DNA of 64,000 nt from Candidatus Omnitrophota bacterium (GCA_015233195.1 JADFYE010000004.1:2411-66410), one strand, 5' to 3'. Numbered from the stretch's first letter, positions 14,818-24,177 are shown. The notes: generated by a model from the letters alone, not told the origin. Program-made: numbers and translations.

Positions 14818-16890
14818 ATGGCTGACCAGAAAAAGTATAAGCCAGTATGGCTTTTAGGCGTGATAATAATTGTAGTAGCGGTTGCAGCTTTTTTGGTAAA
14901 CAGTTTTATTGTCTCGCAAAAACGTAGTGCTGAAGATTTTTTACCTTCCAAAGTTCTTATTTATGTTAAAGCTTCTAATATCAAAAAAAATCTTGAATCA
15001 TTATTCAGTCTTAATTTATGGTCGCAATTTTCAAGAATCAATTTTAATATGGTAGCTGCAAAATTGGCTAAACCTGGTCAGAAAAATGAATTTAAAGGGA
15101 GTTTAACAGACTGGGAAGCTGTAGTTGATAATGAAGTGTTCAAAAAGTTTTTAAGCCAGGAAGCGGTTTTGGCTGTGTATCCGATTAATTTGGATACTAC
15201 GGCATTAGCTGAAGTTAATAAGCTTGGGATGGAAGAAGGCATACGGCAGATAATGTCTAATATTTATCTTGTAACAAAAGTAACATCAGACGTTCAATTT
15301 TTAGAATTGTTCTCCGGATTTTTGAATGACAAGAATGTTCAGGGTGTGACTATTGAACATTCGAGTTATCGAGGAGCAGCTATTCATACTATTGTAGTAC
15401 CGGATAAAGGGATTAGATTATGTTTTGTGCGTTTTGGCAAATGGGTGGCTTTGGGTTTTTCTGAAGATGCTTTGAAAAAATTAGTGGATGTTTCTAAAGG
15501 CTCTAAATCATCTTTGGCATCTGACCGGTCTTTTATTCGTCATCTGGCTAATGCTGGTAAAAAATCTGATTTAGATGTTTTTGTTAACGTTGAAATTCTG
15601 GTCGGTATGGCTAAGGATTATATATCTAGTTTTGGGGCGAAACAGTCTGCCTCAGCATTAAAATATTTTGACGGTTATCGTTCTTTTGCTTTAGCTGGTT
15701 TTTGGGGTGATCCAAATGAACTTAATGGGCGGTGGTCTTTTGATCGGGGATCTTTATCGCCTGATATGCAGCCATTTTTTGAAAAAAGTGGTTCAAAACC
15801 AAATAATACACTGGCTTTTGTTCCTGAAGATGTTTTGGCTTATCATTGGGATGGATATTTTAGTGCAGAGAAATTATGGGATTATTTTAAAAAGTCTGAA
15901 CAACTATCGCCTAGTGCTGGTAATTTTTCACAGACTGCGATAGCTTCGCAGATGGTAAAAGGCAGTTTAGGTCTAGATCTGGAGACGCAGATTATACCTG
16001 CAATAGGTGATGAATGGGGTGGGTATTGGAGTGGAATAGAAATGGTTAATTATATGCAACAAAAAATCCCCATGCCGAAATTTTTATTTTTTCTTAAAAT
16101 GAAACAAAAAGAAATTTTTGAGCAAATGTTGGCAAAATTTCCTTTGCCTACCAAAAAGGAAGAATACGAAGGCTATACTATAAATTCTTTACAATTACCT
16201 ATGGGCGCAGAGATTCAGCCGGCTTATTGTTACAAAGATGATTATTTTTTATTATCTTTGCATGCAAGCGTTATAAAGCAGACTTTGGAATTAGCAAAAA
16301 GCGGACAGGGATTAAAGAATTCTGAAGAGTTCAAAACTTTGGATAAAGGTTTGACCAGTATGGGCAGAAGTTTTGATTATTTTGGTATGGAAAGATTGTT
16401 TAAAGTTGCTAAAGAATTGGTAGGCTATGGTAATGATTTTATAACCAGGACATCAGAACAGCGTGCAGCTTTTAAAAAGGGCGCACAAAATCGTTTGGAA
16501 GATTACAATTCTAAATTAACTATGAATCAAACTGATTTGTCAGACGCTGAGGCTCAGCTTAAAGCTTTGAAAGAAGAAGTTAAGCAGGCAGATAAGGCTG
16601 ATACCAAAATAGATTTAACTGAAAAATATAAAAATGAAGACGATTTACAGAAAAAGATTAGTTCGATAAAAATGGAAATCAGCGGGCTAAAGGACAAGGT
16701 CAAGACAGCTGAAGAAACTATAAAGAATATGCGACCTGATACTACGCCGCCTTTAACCGAACGCAATTTTTATTTGGATAATTTGATTTATCCTCTATTA
16801 AACGCGTTGACTAATATTAAAAATATGGCTATCGGCGCAAGCATTGATGATGATAATTGTTGGTGGCGAGTGTTTTACCAAGTGCAATAA
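14818..16890 (+). CDS. Membrane-anchored hypothetical protein with C-terminal coiled coil
   Basis: N-terminal TM 'VWLLGVIIIVVAVAAFLV' and a heptad-rich C-terminal region 'AEAQLKALKEEVKQADKAD...ISGLKDKVKTAEE'. RBS aggag upstream. Possibly DUF3352-like, but that is from memory only. Confidence 0.55.
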   Translation: MADQKKYKPVWLLGVIIIVVAVAAFLVNSFIVSQKRSAEDFLPSKVLIYVKASNIKKNLESLFSLNLWSQFSRINFNMVAAKLAKPGQKNEFKGSLTDWEAVVDNEVFKKFLSQEAVLAVYPINLDTTALAEVNKLGMEEGIRQIMSNIYLVTKVTSDVQFLELFSGFLNDKNVQGVTIEHSSYRGAAIHTIVVPDKGIRLCFVRFGKWVALGFSEDALKKLVDVSKGSKSSLASDRSFIRHLANAGKKSDLDVFVNVEILVGMAKDYISSFGAKQSASALKYFDGYRSFALAGFWGDPNELNGRWSFDRGSLSPDMQPFFEKSGSKPNNTLAFVPEDVLAYHWDGYFSAEKLWDYFKKSEQLSPSAGNFSQTAIASQMVKGSLGLDLETQIIPAIGDEWGGYWSGIEMVNYMQQKIPMPKFLFFLKMKQKEIFEQMLAKFPLPTKKEEYEGYTINSLQLPMGAEIQPAYCYKDDYFLLSLHASVIKQTLELAKSGQGLKNSEEFKTLDKGLTSMGRSFDYFGMERLFKVAKELVGYGNDFITRTSEQRAAFKKGAQNRLEDYNSKLTMNQTDLSDAEAQLKALKEEVKQADKADTKIDLTEKYKNEDDLQKKISSIKMEISGLKDKVKTAEETIKNMRPDTTPPLTERNFYLDNLIYPLLNALTNIKNMAIGASIDDDNCWWRVFYQVQ

Positions 16891-16902
16891 AAAAGGATAT
16901 AT

Positions 16903-17073
16903 ATGAAAAAATTGCCGGTGTGTTTGCTTTTGTTGGCGTGCTGTTTATTTTTGAACGGATGTTCGCTGCTTCAAGTGCCGCTTTCATTATTAAAATTGCC
17001 ATTAGACTTGGCTAAAACTGCTTTTAATATTGCGATGGCTGCACCCAAACCCCCTCCTTGGGTATTTTTTTAG
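16903..17073 (+). CDS. Small lipoprotein (56 aa), absent from ORF track
   Basis: ATG 16903 follows 'aaaaagga'. 'MKKLPVCLLLLACCLFLNG/C' is a signal peptide plus lipobox (L-N-G-C). The ORF ends at TAG 17071-17073 and fills an otherwise empty 240-nt gap. Confidence 0.45.
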   Translation: MKKLPVCLLLLACCLFLNGCSLLQVPLSLLKLPLDLAKTAFNIAMAAPKPPPWVFF

Positions 17074-17130
17074 TTATACTATTTTTTTATATTAGACTTT
17101 CTTATTCTTTTCTTTTAGAATACACAGACT

Positions 17131-18009
17131 ATGTTTGAAATTTTGAATAAACAAATCCTTGCTGAAGATGTTAAGCGGGTAGATATATATGCTCCTCAAA
17201 TTGCCCGCAAAGTCCGTCCTGGTCAGTTCGTCAGTATATGTCCTGAAGAAGGTGATGAACGTATCCCGCTCACTGTGGTTGAAACAGATGAGGGACGGAG
17301 TACTATCGCTTTGATATTTCAGGAAAAAGGCGATACTACTGGAAAACTAGGAAGTTTGCCGATTCATGAATCAGTATTTTCTATTTTAGGACCATTAGGT
17401 CAGCCTGCAAAAATTGAAAAATGTGGTCTGGTCGTGTGTATTGCGACTGGAGTCGGGTCAGCGCAAATGCTTCCCATTGCTCGCGCGTACCGTAAAGAGG
17501 GCAATAAGATTATTGGTATTATAGGTGCAAAGACTAAATTAGAATTAATGCTGGAAGCGCAAATGCGGATTGTCAGTAATAAAATATTTATTACTACTAA
17601 TGACGGTTCGTATGAACGCCGCGGCGTTGTAACTGATGTTTTAAAAGAAATAATTGCTAAAGAAAAAGTTGGTCTAATATATGCGATCGGCGCTATTGAT
17701 ATGATGCAGGAGGTTGTCGCAATTGCTAAACAAAAGAATATTCCGGCTAAAGTTCAGCTTAATCCGGTTATGGTCGATTGTATGGGAATGTGCGGAGCTT
17801 GCAGAGTAAAGATCGCCGGAGAATTGATATTAGCCTGTACTGATGGTCCAGAATTTGACGGGCATAAAGTAGATTTTGAAGATTTTAAAGTTCGTATGAA
17901 CGCTTTGAAGGAGTCAGACAAATGCCGCAGCCACAAGTTGCAGCACAACAAGCCGACCGAAGGGTCCACAATTTTAACGAAGTTTCTCTCGGTTTTTCGC
18001 GGAAAATAG
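17131..18009 (+). CDS. nfnA: NfnA/SudB-like FAD/NAD-binding subunit (PyrK-like) with 2Fe-2S motif
   Basis: Ferredoxin-reductase-type module ('RIPLTVV', 'IATGVGSAQMLP') and a C-terminal Cys cluster 'CMGMCGACRV...ACTDGPEFDGH'. The last 88 nt overlap the next gene. Confidence 0.75.
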   Translation: MFEILNKQILAEDVKRVDIYAPQIARKVRPGQFVSICPEEGDERIPLTVVETDEGRSTIALIFQEKGDTTGKLGSLPIHESVFSILGPLGQPAKIEKCGLVVCIATGVGSAQMLPIARAYRKEGNKIIGIIGAKTKLELMLEAQMRIVSNKIFITTNDGSYERRGVVTDVLKEIIAKEKVGLIYAIGAIDMMQEVVAIAKQKNIPAKVQLNPVMVDCMGMCGACRVKIAGELILACTDGPEFDGHKVDFEDFKVRMNALKESDKCRSHKLQHNKPTEGSTILTKFLSVFRGK

Positions 18010-19277
18010 CGGTTGAAGAAGCTCGCCGATGTATTCAGTGCAAATCGCCCCAATGCGTGAGCGGTTGTCCGATTGGCATAGATATACCGGGTTTTGTACG
18101 TAATTTACGCGATGGTAATCTGAATGAAGCTTATCAGGTAATCAAACAGTCGAATCCTTTTCCAGCAATTTGCGGGCGGATCTGTTCCGCTCAATGTGAA
18201 GGTGCTTGTATTTTAAAGGATAAAGACGGAGCGATTGCTATCCGAGCTTTAGAACGTTTTACTGCTGATTTTGGAAAAACTAAAACTATTAAAAATAAAC
18301 CACTAGATAAGAGTTCCAAAAAGGTTGCAATAATTGGGTCTGGTCCTACAGGATTATCTGCAGCGTTTGTTTTAACAAAAAAAGGTTATGCTGTTACAGT
18401 ATTTGAATCTTTTGATAGAGCCGGTGGAGTGCTCAGGTATGGGGTACCGGAATTTAGAATACCAAAGAAAATTCTCGACGGAGAAATAAATGACATTAAA
18501 GCTTTAGATGTTAAATTTGAAATGAATTGTTTAGTCGGTAAGACCGTTACTTTAGAAGAATTATTGAATCAACAAGGTTTTGCGGCTGTGCTTTTAGCAA
18601 CTGGTGCAGCAGTGCCGAGATTTTTGGATATCCCAGGGGTTAATTTAGGCGGGGTTTATTATGGTGAAGAATTTTTGATGCGGGTTAATTTAATGAAGAG
18701 CGGCATTTTTTCACGATATATTCCGAATTTTGTTATTGGTTCTAAAATCTTGGTCGTGGGGTCAGGAAATACTGCTTTAGATTGTGCCAGATCCGCAGTA
18801 CGTTTAGGTAGGGAAGTAAAATTGATATTCAAGGCTACTGAAGAAGATATGCGGGTCCGTCCTTCAGAGCGCGAATATGCTAAAGAAGAGGGCATAAAAT
18901 TCGAGCCTATGTCCAGACCAGTTGAAATTATTGCTGGAGAGGATAATTTTGTGAAAGCAGTAAAATGCGTGCGTATGGATTACGCGGAATTGGATAAGAA
19001 AGGCAATTGGACTCTCGACGAGGTTCCTGGCTCAGAATTCGAAATTGAAGCAGATACTCTGATAATTGCGATTGGTCATAAACCAAATGCTTTATTAGCA
19101 AAAATGTCGCCGGCTTTAGATGTGGGTGAGGACGGTACTATTGAAGTGGATGAAGATGGTTTGACTTCTATTGACAGGGTTTATGCTGCGGGTAACGTGG
19201 TTAGCAATGCAAGGCAAGTTATAGATGCGATTGCGTCGGGGATGGTGGTTGCGGAGAGTATGGCGGAAAGGATTTAA
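17922..19277 (+). CDS. nfnB: NfnB/SudA/GltD-like NADPH-dependent oxidoreductase subunit
   Basis: Fe-S motifs 'CIQCKSPQCVSGCP' and 'CGRICSAQCEGAC'. Dinucleotide sites 'VAIIGSGPTGLSAA' and 'VVGSGNTALDCA'. RBS aaggag 8 nt before ATG 17922. Confidence 0.85.
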   Translation: MPQPQVAAQQADRRVHNFNEVSLGFSRKIAVEEARRCIQCKSPQCVSGCPIGIDIPGFVRNLRDGNLNEAYQVIKQSNPFPAICGRICSAQCEGACILKDKDGAIAIRALERFTADFGKTKTIKNKPLDKSSKKVAIIGSGPTGLSAAFVLTKKGYAVTVFESFDRAGGVLRYGVPEFRIPKKILDGEINDIKALDVKFEMNCLVGKTVTLEELLNQQGFAAVLLATGAAVPRFLDIPGVNLGGVYYGEEFLMRVNLMKSGIFSRYIPNFVIGSKILVVGSGNTALDCARSAVRLGREVKLIFKATEEDMRVRPSEREYAKEEGIKFEPMSRPVEIIAGEDNFVKAVKCVRMDYAELDKKGNWTLDEVPGSEFEIEADTLIIAIGHKPNALLAKMSPALDVGEDGTIEVDEDGLTSIDRVYAAGNVVSNARQVIDAIASGMVVAESMAERI

Positions 19278-19279
19278 AA

Positions 19280-20101
19280 ATGCGAAAGACTGTTAAAGAT
19301 ATTTTGGATCTGAAGAATAAGCGGAAGATTTCTATGCTTACTGCTTATGATTATCCTTTTGCCCGGATGGCGGATGAAGCGGGGATTGATGTAGTTCTGG
19401 TAGGAGATTCTTTAGCGAATGTGGTTTTGGGATTGAATACGACCACGGAAGTTGGTATGCCAGAAATGCTGCACCATGCTAAAGCTGTAGGTCGAGCAGT
19501 AAAGCATTCCATGGTTGCTGTAGATATGCCTTATGATTCAGTTAGACAAGGAATAGACGCTGCTGTAAAATACGCTGAACAATTTATGAATGATGCCAAA
19601 TGCGACGCTGTAAAGATCGAATGGTTTGATGGCTGTTTGGATATTATACGAGCTGTGGCATCAAATAATATTCCGGTTATCGGACATGTAGGATTAACAC
19701 CGCAAACTGCTGAGCAATTAGGCGGATTTAAAGTGCAAGGTAAAGACGCTGATTCGGCTAAACGTATAATTGACCAAGCGTCGGATATGGAATACGCAGG
19801 ATGTTTTGGCGTGGTTTTAGAATGCGTCCCTGCTCCATTAGCCAAAATTATAACGACCAGATTAAAAATACCGACGATTGGTATCGGAGCTGGAATTGAT
19901 TGTGACGGTCAAGTTTTAGTAGTGCATGATATTTTAGGATTGTTTTCTGGATTTCGTCCAAAGTTTGTGAAACAATACGCGAATTGTTCAGAGATAATAG
20001 TAAAAGCTATAGCGCAATATAAAGAAGAAGTTGAAAAAGCGCAATTCCCTTCCGAGGAATATTGTTATAAAATGGATGAAAGTGAATTAAAGAAGTTATG
20101 A
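19280..20101 (+). CDS. panB: 3-methyl-2-oxobutanoate hydroxymethyltransferase
   Basis: 'MLTAYDYPFA', 'VLVGDSLANVVLG', 'AVKIE' and 'IGIGAG' motifs; 273 aa. Confidence 0.9.
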   Translation: MRKTVKDILDLKNKRKISMLTAYDYPFARMADEAGIDVVLVGDSLANVVLGLNTTTEVGMPEMLHHAKAVGRAVKHSMVAVDMPYDSVRQGIDAAVKYAEQFMNDAKCDAVKIEWFDGCLDIIRAVASNNIPVIGHVGLTPQTAEQLGGFKVQGKDADSAKRIIDQASDMEYAGCFGVVLECVPAPLAKIITTRLKIPTIGIGAGIDCDGQVLVVHDILGLFSGFRPKFVKQYANCSEIIVKAIAQYKEEVEKAQFPSEEYCYKMDESELKKL

Positions 20102-20424
20102 AACAATGTCCGTTTTGTAAAGAAATGATTCAGGACGAAGCAATAAAATGCAGATTTTGCTCTGAATTTCTTGAGCCAGTATCCGGCTTGCCTCCGTCTG
20201 AAAAGAAAATACCCTGGTATTTTCGGACGAATAGTTTGATTGTTTCTTTGCTGGCAATCGGTCCTTTTATGCTGCCTTTAGTTTGGTTTAATCCGTATTA
20301 TAGTATGCGTAAGAAAATAACTTGGACTATTGTGGCTGTAGTTTTTACAATGTTGTTGACCTGGGTAATGGCAGCAAGTTTTAAGAGTATTATGGAGTAT
20401 TACAAACCGCTTTTAAATTTATAA
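20098..20424 (+). CDS. Zinc-ribbon membrane protein
   Basis: 'CPFCKEMIQDEAIKCRFC' zinc ribbon followed by two hydrophobic helices. ATGA overlap with panB. Confidence 0.5.
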   Translation: MKQCPFCKEMIQDEAIKCRFCSEFLEPVSGLPPSEKKIPWYFRTNSLIVSLLAIGPFMLPLVWFNPYYSMRKKITWTIVAVVFTMLLTWVMAASFKSIMEYYKPLLNL

Positions 20425-20436
20425 AAATAGCAGCAC

Positions 20437-20940
20437 ATGAAAGGAAAAAGTATGAAAAGTTTAACTCTATTATTAACAGGCTTAATTTTAACTGGTTTTG
20501 TATCATTGTCTTTTGCTGCTGATAAAGTTGAAAAAGGCAAAAAAGTACAGTTCAATTATGTCTTGAAAGTTGATGGTAAAGTGGTCGAAGAATCAAAGCA
20601 GCCGCTAACATTTACCGTCGGTGGGAACATGATCATACCTGGTTTGGAAAATAAAATGATGGGTATGAAAGTTGGGGATAAGAAAGAAATCGTAGTTGCG
20701 CCTAAAGATGCTTACGGTGAAATCGACCCTAAAATGGTTAGAGAAGTAGCTAAGACTCAATTTCCTAAAGATTTTGCAGGCAAGCCAGGCATGATGATCG
20801 AGTTGAAAGCGAAAGGTCAGACTAATGGAGTAGTCGGTATAATTAAAGAGATCAAAGATGCAGTTATTTTAGTTGATTTTAATCATCCTTTAGCCGGAAA
20901 AACTTTAAATTTTAATGTTGAGGTAGTAAAGGTTGACTAA
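20437..20940 (+). CDS. FKBP-type peptidyl-prolyl cis-trans isomerase, exported
   Basis: Signal peptide 'LTLLLTGLILTGFVSLSFA', then 'VQFNYVLKVDGKVVEES', 'IPGLENKMMGMKVGDKK' and 'HPLAGKTLNFNVEVVKV'. ATG 20452 is an alternative start. Confidence 0.8.
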   Translation: MKGKSMKSLTLLLTGLILTGFVSLSFAADKVEKGKKVQFNYVLKVDGKVVEESKQPLTFTVGGNMIIPGLENKMMGMKVGDKKEIVVAPKDAYGEIDPKMVREVAKTQFPKDFAGKPGMMIELKAKGQTNGVVGIIKEIKDAVILVDFNHPLAGKTLNFNVEVVKVD

Positions 20941-20977
20941 TTATTATTTTTTTAGAAGTTAATATGGTTGTTAATTC

Positions 20978-21784
20978 ATGCCTAAAGTTTTAGAATCGGA
21001 ACAGCATAATTTCCGTTATATTTACGGTCCAGTGTATTCGTGGAGATTGGGAATGTCCCTCGGGATAGACCCGATCTCCACCGCTCATAAGGTGTGCAAT
21101 TTTGACTGCACATACTGTCAATTAGGCGCAGGTAACGGTACAGAAAATAAGCGCAGGGTATTTGTGCCTTCCGAGGATATAATCCGAGAAGTAAATGCTT
21201 TGCCTGAGGGTGTAAAGGTAGATTATTATACTTTTTCAGGACGGGGCGAGCCTACTTTAGCCAAGAATTTAGGCGAGATGATAAGCTTGATCAAGCGGGA
21301 CCAGGCAAAGAAAGTGGCAGTCATAACCAACTCTACTTTATTAGGCTGGCTCGACGTGCAAGCAGACTTGATGCGTGCGGATTTTATTTTGGCAAAAATG
21401 GACGCTTTCGACGATAAAAGTTTTAAGAAAATCAACCGTCCGGATCCTTCTATAAATTACGTCGACTTGATTGAGGGTATTAAAAATTTCCGTAGGGGAT
21501 TTAAAAATAAATTTGCTTTGCAGATTATGTTCTCGTCGGAAAATCAGGAGCAGGCGGAAATTATCGCGCGAGCCGCTCGGGATATAGCTCCTGACGAGAT
21601 ACAAATTAATACACCTTTACGTCCGTCGGATATACATCCATTGGACGAAAGGGCTATGGCAGAGATTAAAAAAACATTTAAAGATCTTCCGGTGGTAATG
21701 GTTTATGACGTTGAAAAACGTGATTTTTTACCTTTTGATGAACAAAATACTGTTCTAAGACATGGTAAGTTTAAGGGAAAATAG
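20978..21784 (+). CDS. Radical SAM protein (subfamily unassigned)
   Basis: 'VCNFDCTYCQLG' (CX3CX2C) and 'SGRGEPTL' SAM-binding motif; 268 aa. Confidence 0.75.
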   Translation: MPKVLESEQHNFRYIYGPVYSWRLGMSLGIDPISTAHKVCNFDCTYCQLGAGNGTENKRRVFVPSEDIIREVNALPEGVKVDYYTFSGRGEPTLAKNLGEMISLIKRDQAKKVAVITNSTLLGWLDVQADLMRADFILAKMDAFDDKSFKKINRPDPSINYVDLIEGIKNFRRGFKNKFALQIMFSSENQEQAEIIARAARDIAPDEIQINTPLRPSDIHPLDERAMAEIKKTFKDLPVVMVYDVEKRDFLPFDEQNTVLRHGKFKGK

Positions 21785-21817
21785 GTTAAAACTAGTTACT
21801 TCTAAAGTAGATAAAAA

Positions 21818-21864
21818 ATACAATATATTGGGCTAAAAAGAGCTTGACACACAATATATGGTGT
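21818..21864. promoter_or_regulatory. Tandem NrdR boxes
   Basis: Box 1 is ATACAATATATTGGGC (21818-21833) and box 2 is ACACAATATATGGTGT (21849-21864). Both fit the 16-bp palindromic NrdR consensus acaCwAtATaTwGtgt. Their starts are 31 bp (about 3 helical turns) apart, directly upstream of nrdD. Confidence 0.7.
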
Positions 21865-21871
21865 GTATAAT
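21844..21871 (+). promoter_or_regulatory. Sigma70-type promoter of nrdDG
   Basis: TTGACA (21844-21849), a 16-nt spacer, then TATAAT (21866-21871). NrdR box 2 fills the spacer. Confidence 0.6.
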
Positions 21872-21933
21872 GCAGTCAGGTGAAAACAAAGTGAAATTAT
21901 CCGGGGGGTTTACATATAGAAGGAGGCGGGGGA

Positions 21934-24099
21934 ATGGAGTCTATTAATATTTTTAAAACTATTGTAAAGCGTAATAATGTTCAGGTTCCTTTTGATTCGA
22001 AGAAAATTAACAGTGCGTTGGTTAAGGCGGGAAAAGCGAGCGGGGAATTTAATGAAGATGTAGCGCAAAAATTGACTTTCCGAGTTATAAATATCGCCCA
22101 GCAGATGTTTGGTGAACGGATTCCTACCGTCGAAGAAATTCAAGATATAGTCGAAGAAGTTTTGCTTACTTCTCCTTATAGAAAGACGGCTAAAGCTTAT
22201 ATTATTTATCGCGACCAACACGCGCATATCCGCGAAATTACTTCTCGTAGTAACGTAGATCTGGTAGATCAATATCTTTCTAAAAGTGATTGGCAAGTAA
22301 ATGAAAATAGTAATATGGCATTTTCTTTGCAAGGGTTGAATCAATATTTGTCGTCGGAATTAAGTAAAGTTTATTGGTTGAACAAGATTTATCCGCCCCG
22401 GATTAAAGTCGCCCATCATAATGGTGATTTTCATATCCATGATTTGGGTTTGATCAGCGTCTATTGCGTAGGCTGGGATCTTCACGATCTTTTATCTAGC
22501 GGGTTCAAAGGCGCTGCTGGTAAAATGGAATCATCAGCTGCAAAACATTTCCGCAGTGCTTTAGGTCAGATAGTTAATTTCTTTTATACTTTACAAGGTG
22601 AGGCTGCTGGCGCCCAGGCTTTTTCAAATTTTGATACATTATTGGCTCCATTTATTCATTATGATGGCTTGGGTTATAAAGAAGTTAAACAAGCGTTGCA
22701 GGAATTTGTTTTTAATATTAATGTTCCGACCAGAGTTGGTTTTCAAACTCCGTTCACTAATATAACTATGGACTTGCATTGTCCAAAGCATTTTGCTGAC
22801 CAATTTGTAGTTATTGGCGGTGAAATGAAGGATAAGGTTTATAAAGAGTTTCAAACCGAAATGGATATGCTTAATAAAGCGTTCTTGGAAGTTATGATGG
22901 AAGGGGATGCAAAAGGACGCGTATTCACTTTCCCGATCCCGACTTATAACATTACTCAGGATTTTGATTGGAGTAATCCTAATATGAATACTTTATGGGA
23001 AGTTACAGCCCGTTATGGTATTCCATATTTTTCAAATTTCGTTAATTCAGACATGGACCCTGAAGATGCGCGCAGTATGTGTTGTCGTTTGCGTTTGGAT
23101 AACCGGCAGTTACGGAGTCGAGGCGGTGGTTTGTTCGGAGCTTCGCCTTTAACTGGTTCAATTGGGGTAGTAACTTTGAATATGCCGCGTTTAGCATATC
23201 TTTCCGGAAAAGACGAGGCTGCATTTTTTAAATTAATTGAAGAAAAAATGGAGATCGCTAAAGAAAGTTTGGAGATTAAACGCAAGATATTAGAACAATT
23301 TACCGACGGTAATCTTTATCCATATATGAAATTTTATCTGCGCAATATTAAAAAACGCACTGGGCAATATTGGAAGAATCATTTCTCCACTATTGGTTTG
23401 ATTGGTATGAATGAAGCTTGTATGAACATGATCGGTCAAGGTATTGCTAGTCCTGAAGGAAAGCTTTTTGCGGAGCGCACTTTGGAATTCATGAGAGAAA
23501 AGATCATGAAAATTCAGGATGAAACTGACAGTATTTATAATTTGGAAGCTACCCCTGCAGAAGGTGTATGTTATCGTTTGGCTAAGATTGATAAAGAAAA
23601 TTTTACTGATATGCCTTGTTTCAAAAATAATTATACAGATGATCCGTTTTATACGAATTCAACGCATTTACCAGTAGATCATTCAGATGATATTTTTGAA
23701 GTGTTAGACCATCAAGATTCATTACAGACCAAATATACCGGCGGAACAGTTCTGCATGGGTTTGTTGGCGAGAAAATCACAGATCCGATAGCGTTACGTG
23801 AACTTATAAAAACCGTATGTCATAAATATCATTTACCTTATTTTACTATTACTCCGACTTTTAGTGTTTGTCCGACTTGCGGTTATATTGCTGGAGAGCA
23901 TAAAGTATGCAGCAAGTGTGAAAGTCAATGCGAAGTTTATTCACGAGTAGTGGGATATTTACGTCCGGTAGAACAGTGGAACAAAGGTAAACAGGAAGAA
24001 TTTACACGGCGTAAAACGTACGCTCTTAGCAAAGTGATGGGTGCGGTTAAAGAGCAGGATGCAAAACCGTCAACTGAAACCGAAGCGTGTAAAGTATAA
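21934..24099 (+). CDS. nrdD: Anaerobic (class III) ribonucleoside-triphosphate reductase
   Basis: ATP-cone N-terminus, Zn ribbon 'CPTCGY...CSKC' and glycyl-radical C-terminus 'YSRVVGYLRPV'. RBS gaaggagg upstream. 721 aa. Confidence 0.95.
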   Translation: MESINIFKTIVKRNNVQVPFDSKKINSALVKAGKASGEFNEDVAQKLTFRVINIAQQMFGERIPTVEEIQDIVEEVLLTSPYRKTAKAYIIYRDQHAHIREITSRSNVDLVDQYLSKSDWQVNENSNMAFSLQGLNQYLSSELSKVYWLNKIYPPRIKVAHHNGDFHIHDLGLISVYCVGWDLHDLLSSGFKGAAGKMESSAAKHFRSALGQIVNFFYTLQGEAAGAQAFSNFDTLLAPFIHYDGLGYKEVKQALQEFVFNINVPTRVGFQTPFTNITMDLHCPKHFADQFVVIGGEMKDKVYKEFQTEMDMLNKAFLEVMMEGDAKGRVFTFPIPTYNITQDFDWSNPNMNTLWEVTARYGIPYFSNFVNSDMDPEDARSMCCRLRLDNRQLRSRGGGLFGASPLTGSIGVVTLNMPRLAYLSGKDEAAFFKLIEEKMEIAKESLEIKRKILEQFTDGNLYPYMKFYLRNIKKRTGQYWKNHFSTIGLIGMNEACMNMIGQGIASPEGKLFAERTLEFMREKIMKIQDETDSIYNLEATPAEGVCYRLAKIDKENFTDMPCFKNNYTDDPFYTNSTHLPVDHSDDIFEVLDHQDSLQTKYTGGTVLHGFVGEKITDPIALRELIKTVCHKYHLPYFTITPTFSVCPTCGYIAGEHKVCSKCESQCEVYSRVVGYLRPVEQWNKGKQEEFTRRKTYALSKVMGAVKEQDAKPSTETEACKV

Positions 24100-24177
24100 A
24101 AACGTTAGAAGTTAGAGTAAAGTAAAATGCGTAGGGGCACGATACATCGTGCCCGATAAAATTGTCAAATATTTTAA

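Noticed and set aside
21910-22344. Long antisense or alternative-frame ORFs in the track. Examples are 21910-22344(-), 24193-24612(-), 27549-27965(-), 52800-53162(-), 59651-60049(-), 13238-13594(-), 11065-11397(+) and 15707-15943(+).
   Set aside because: Each lies wholly inside a longer ORF with clear family motifs (nrdD, nrdG, metH and others). Their products are low-complexity or Ser/Ile/Phe/Lys-rich, as expected from the reverse frames of AT-rich genes, and they have no RBS or motif support.
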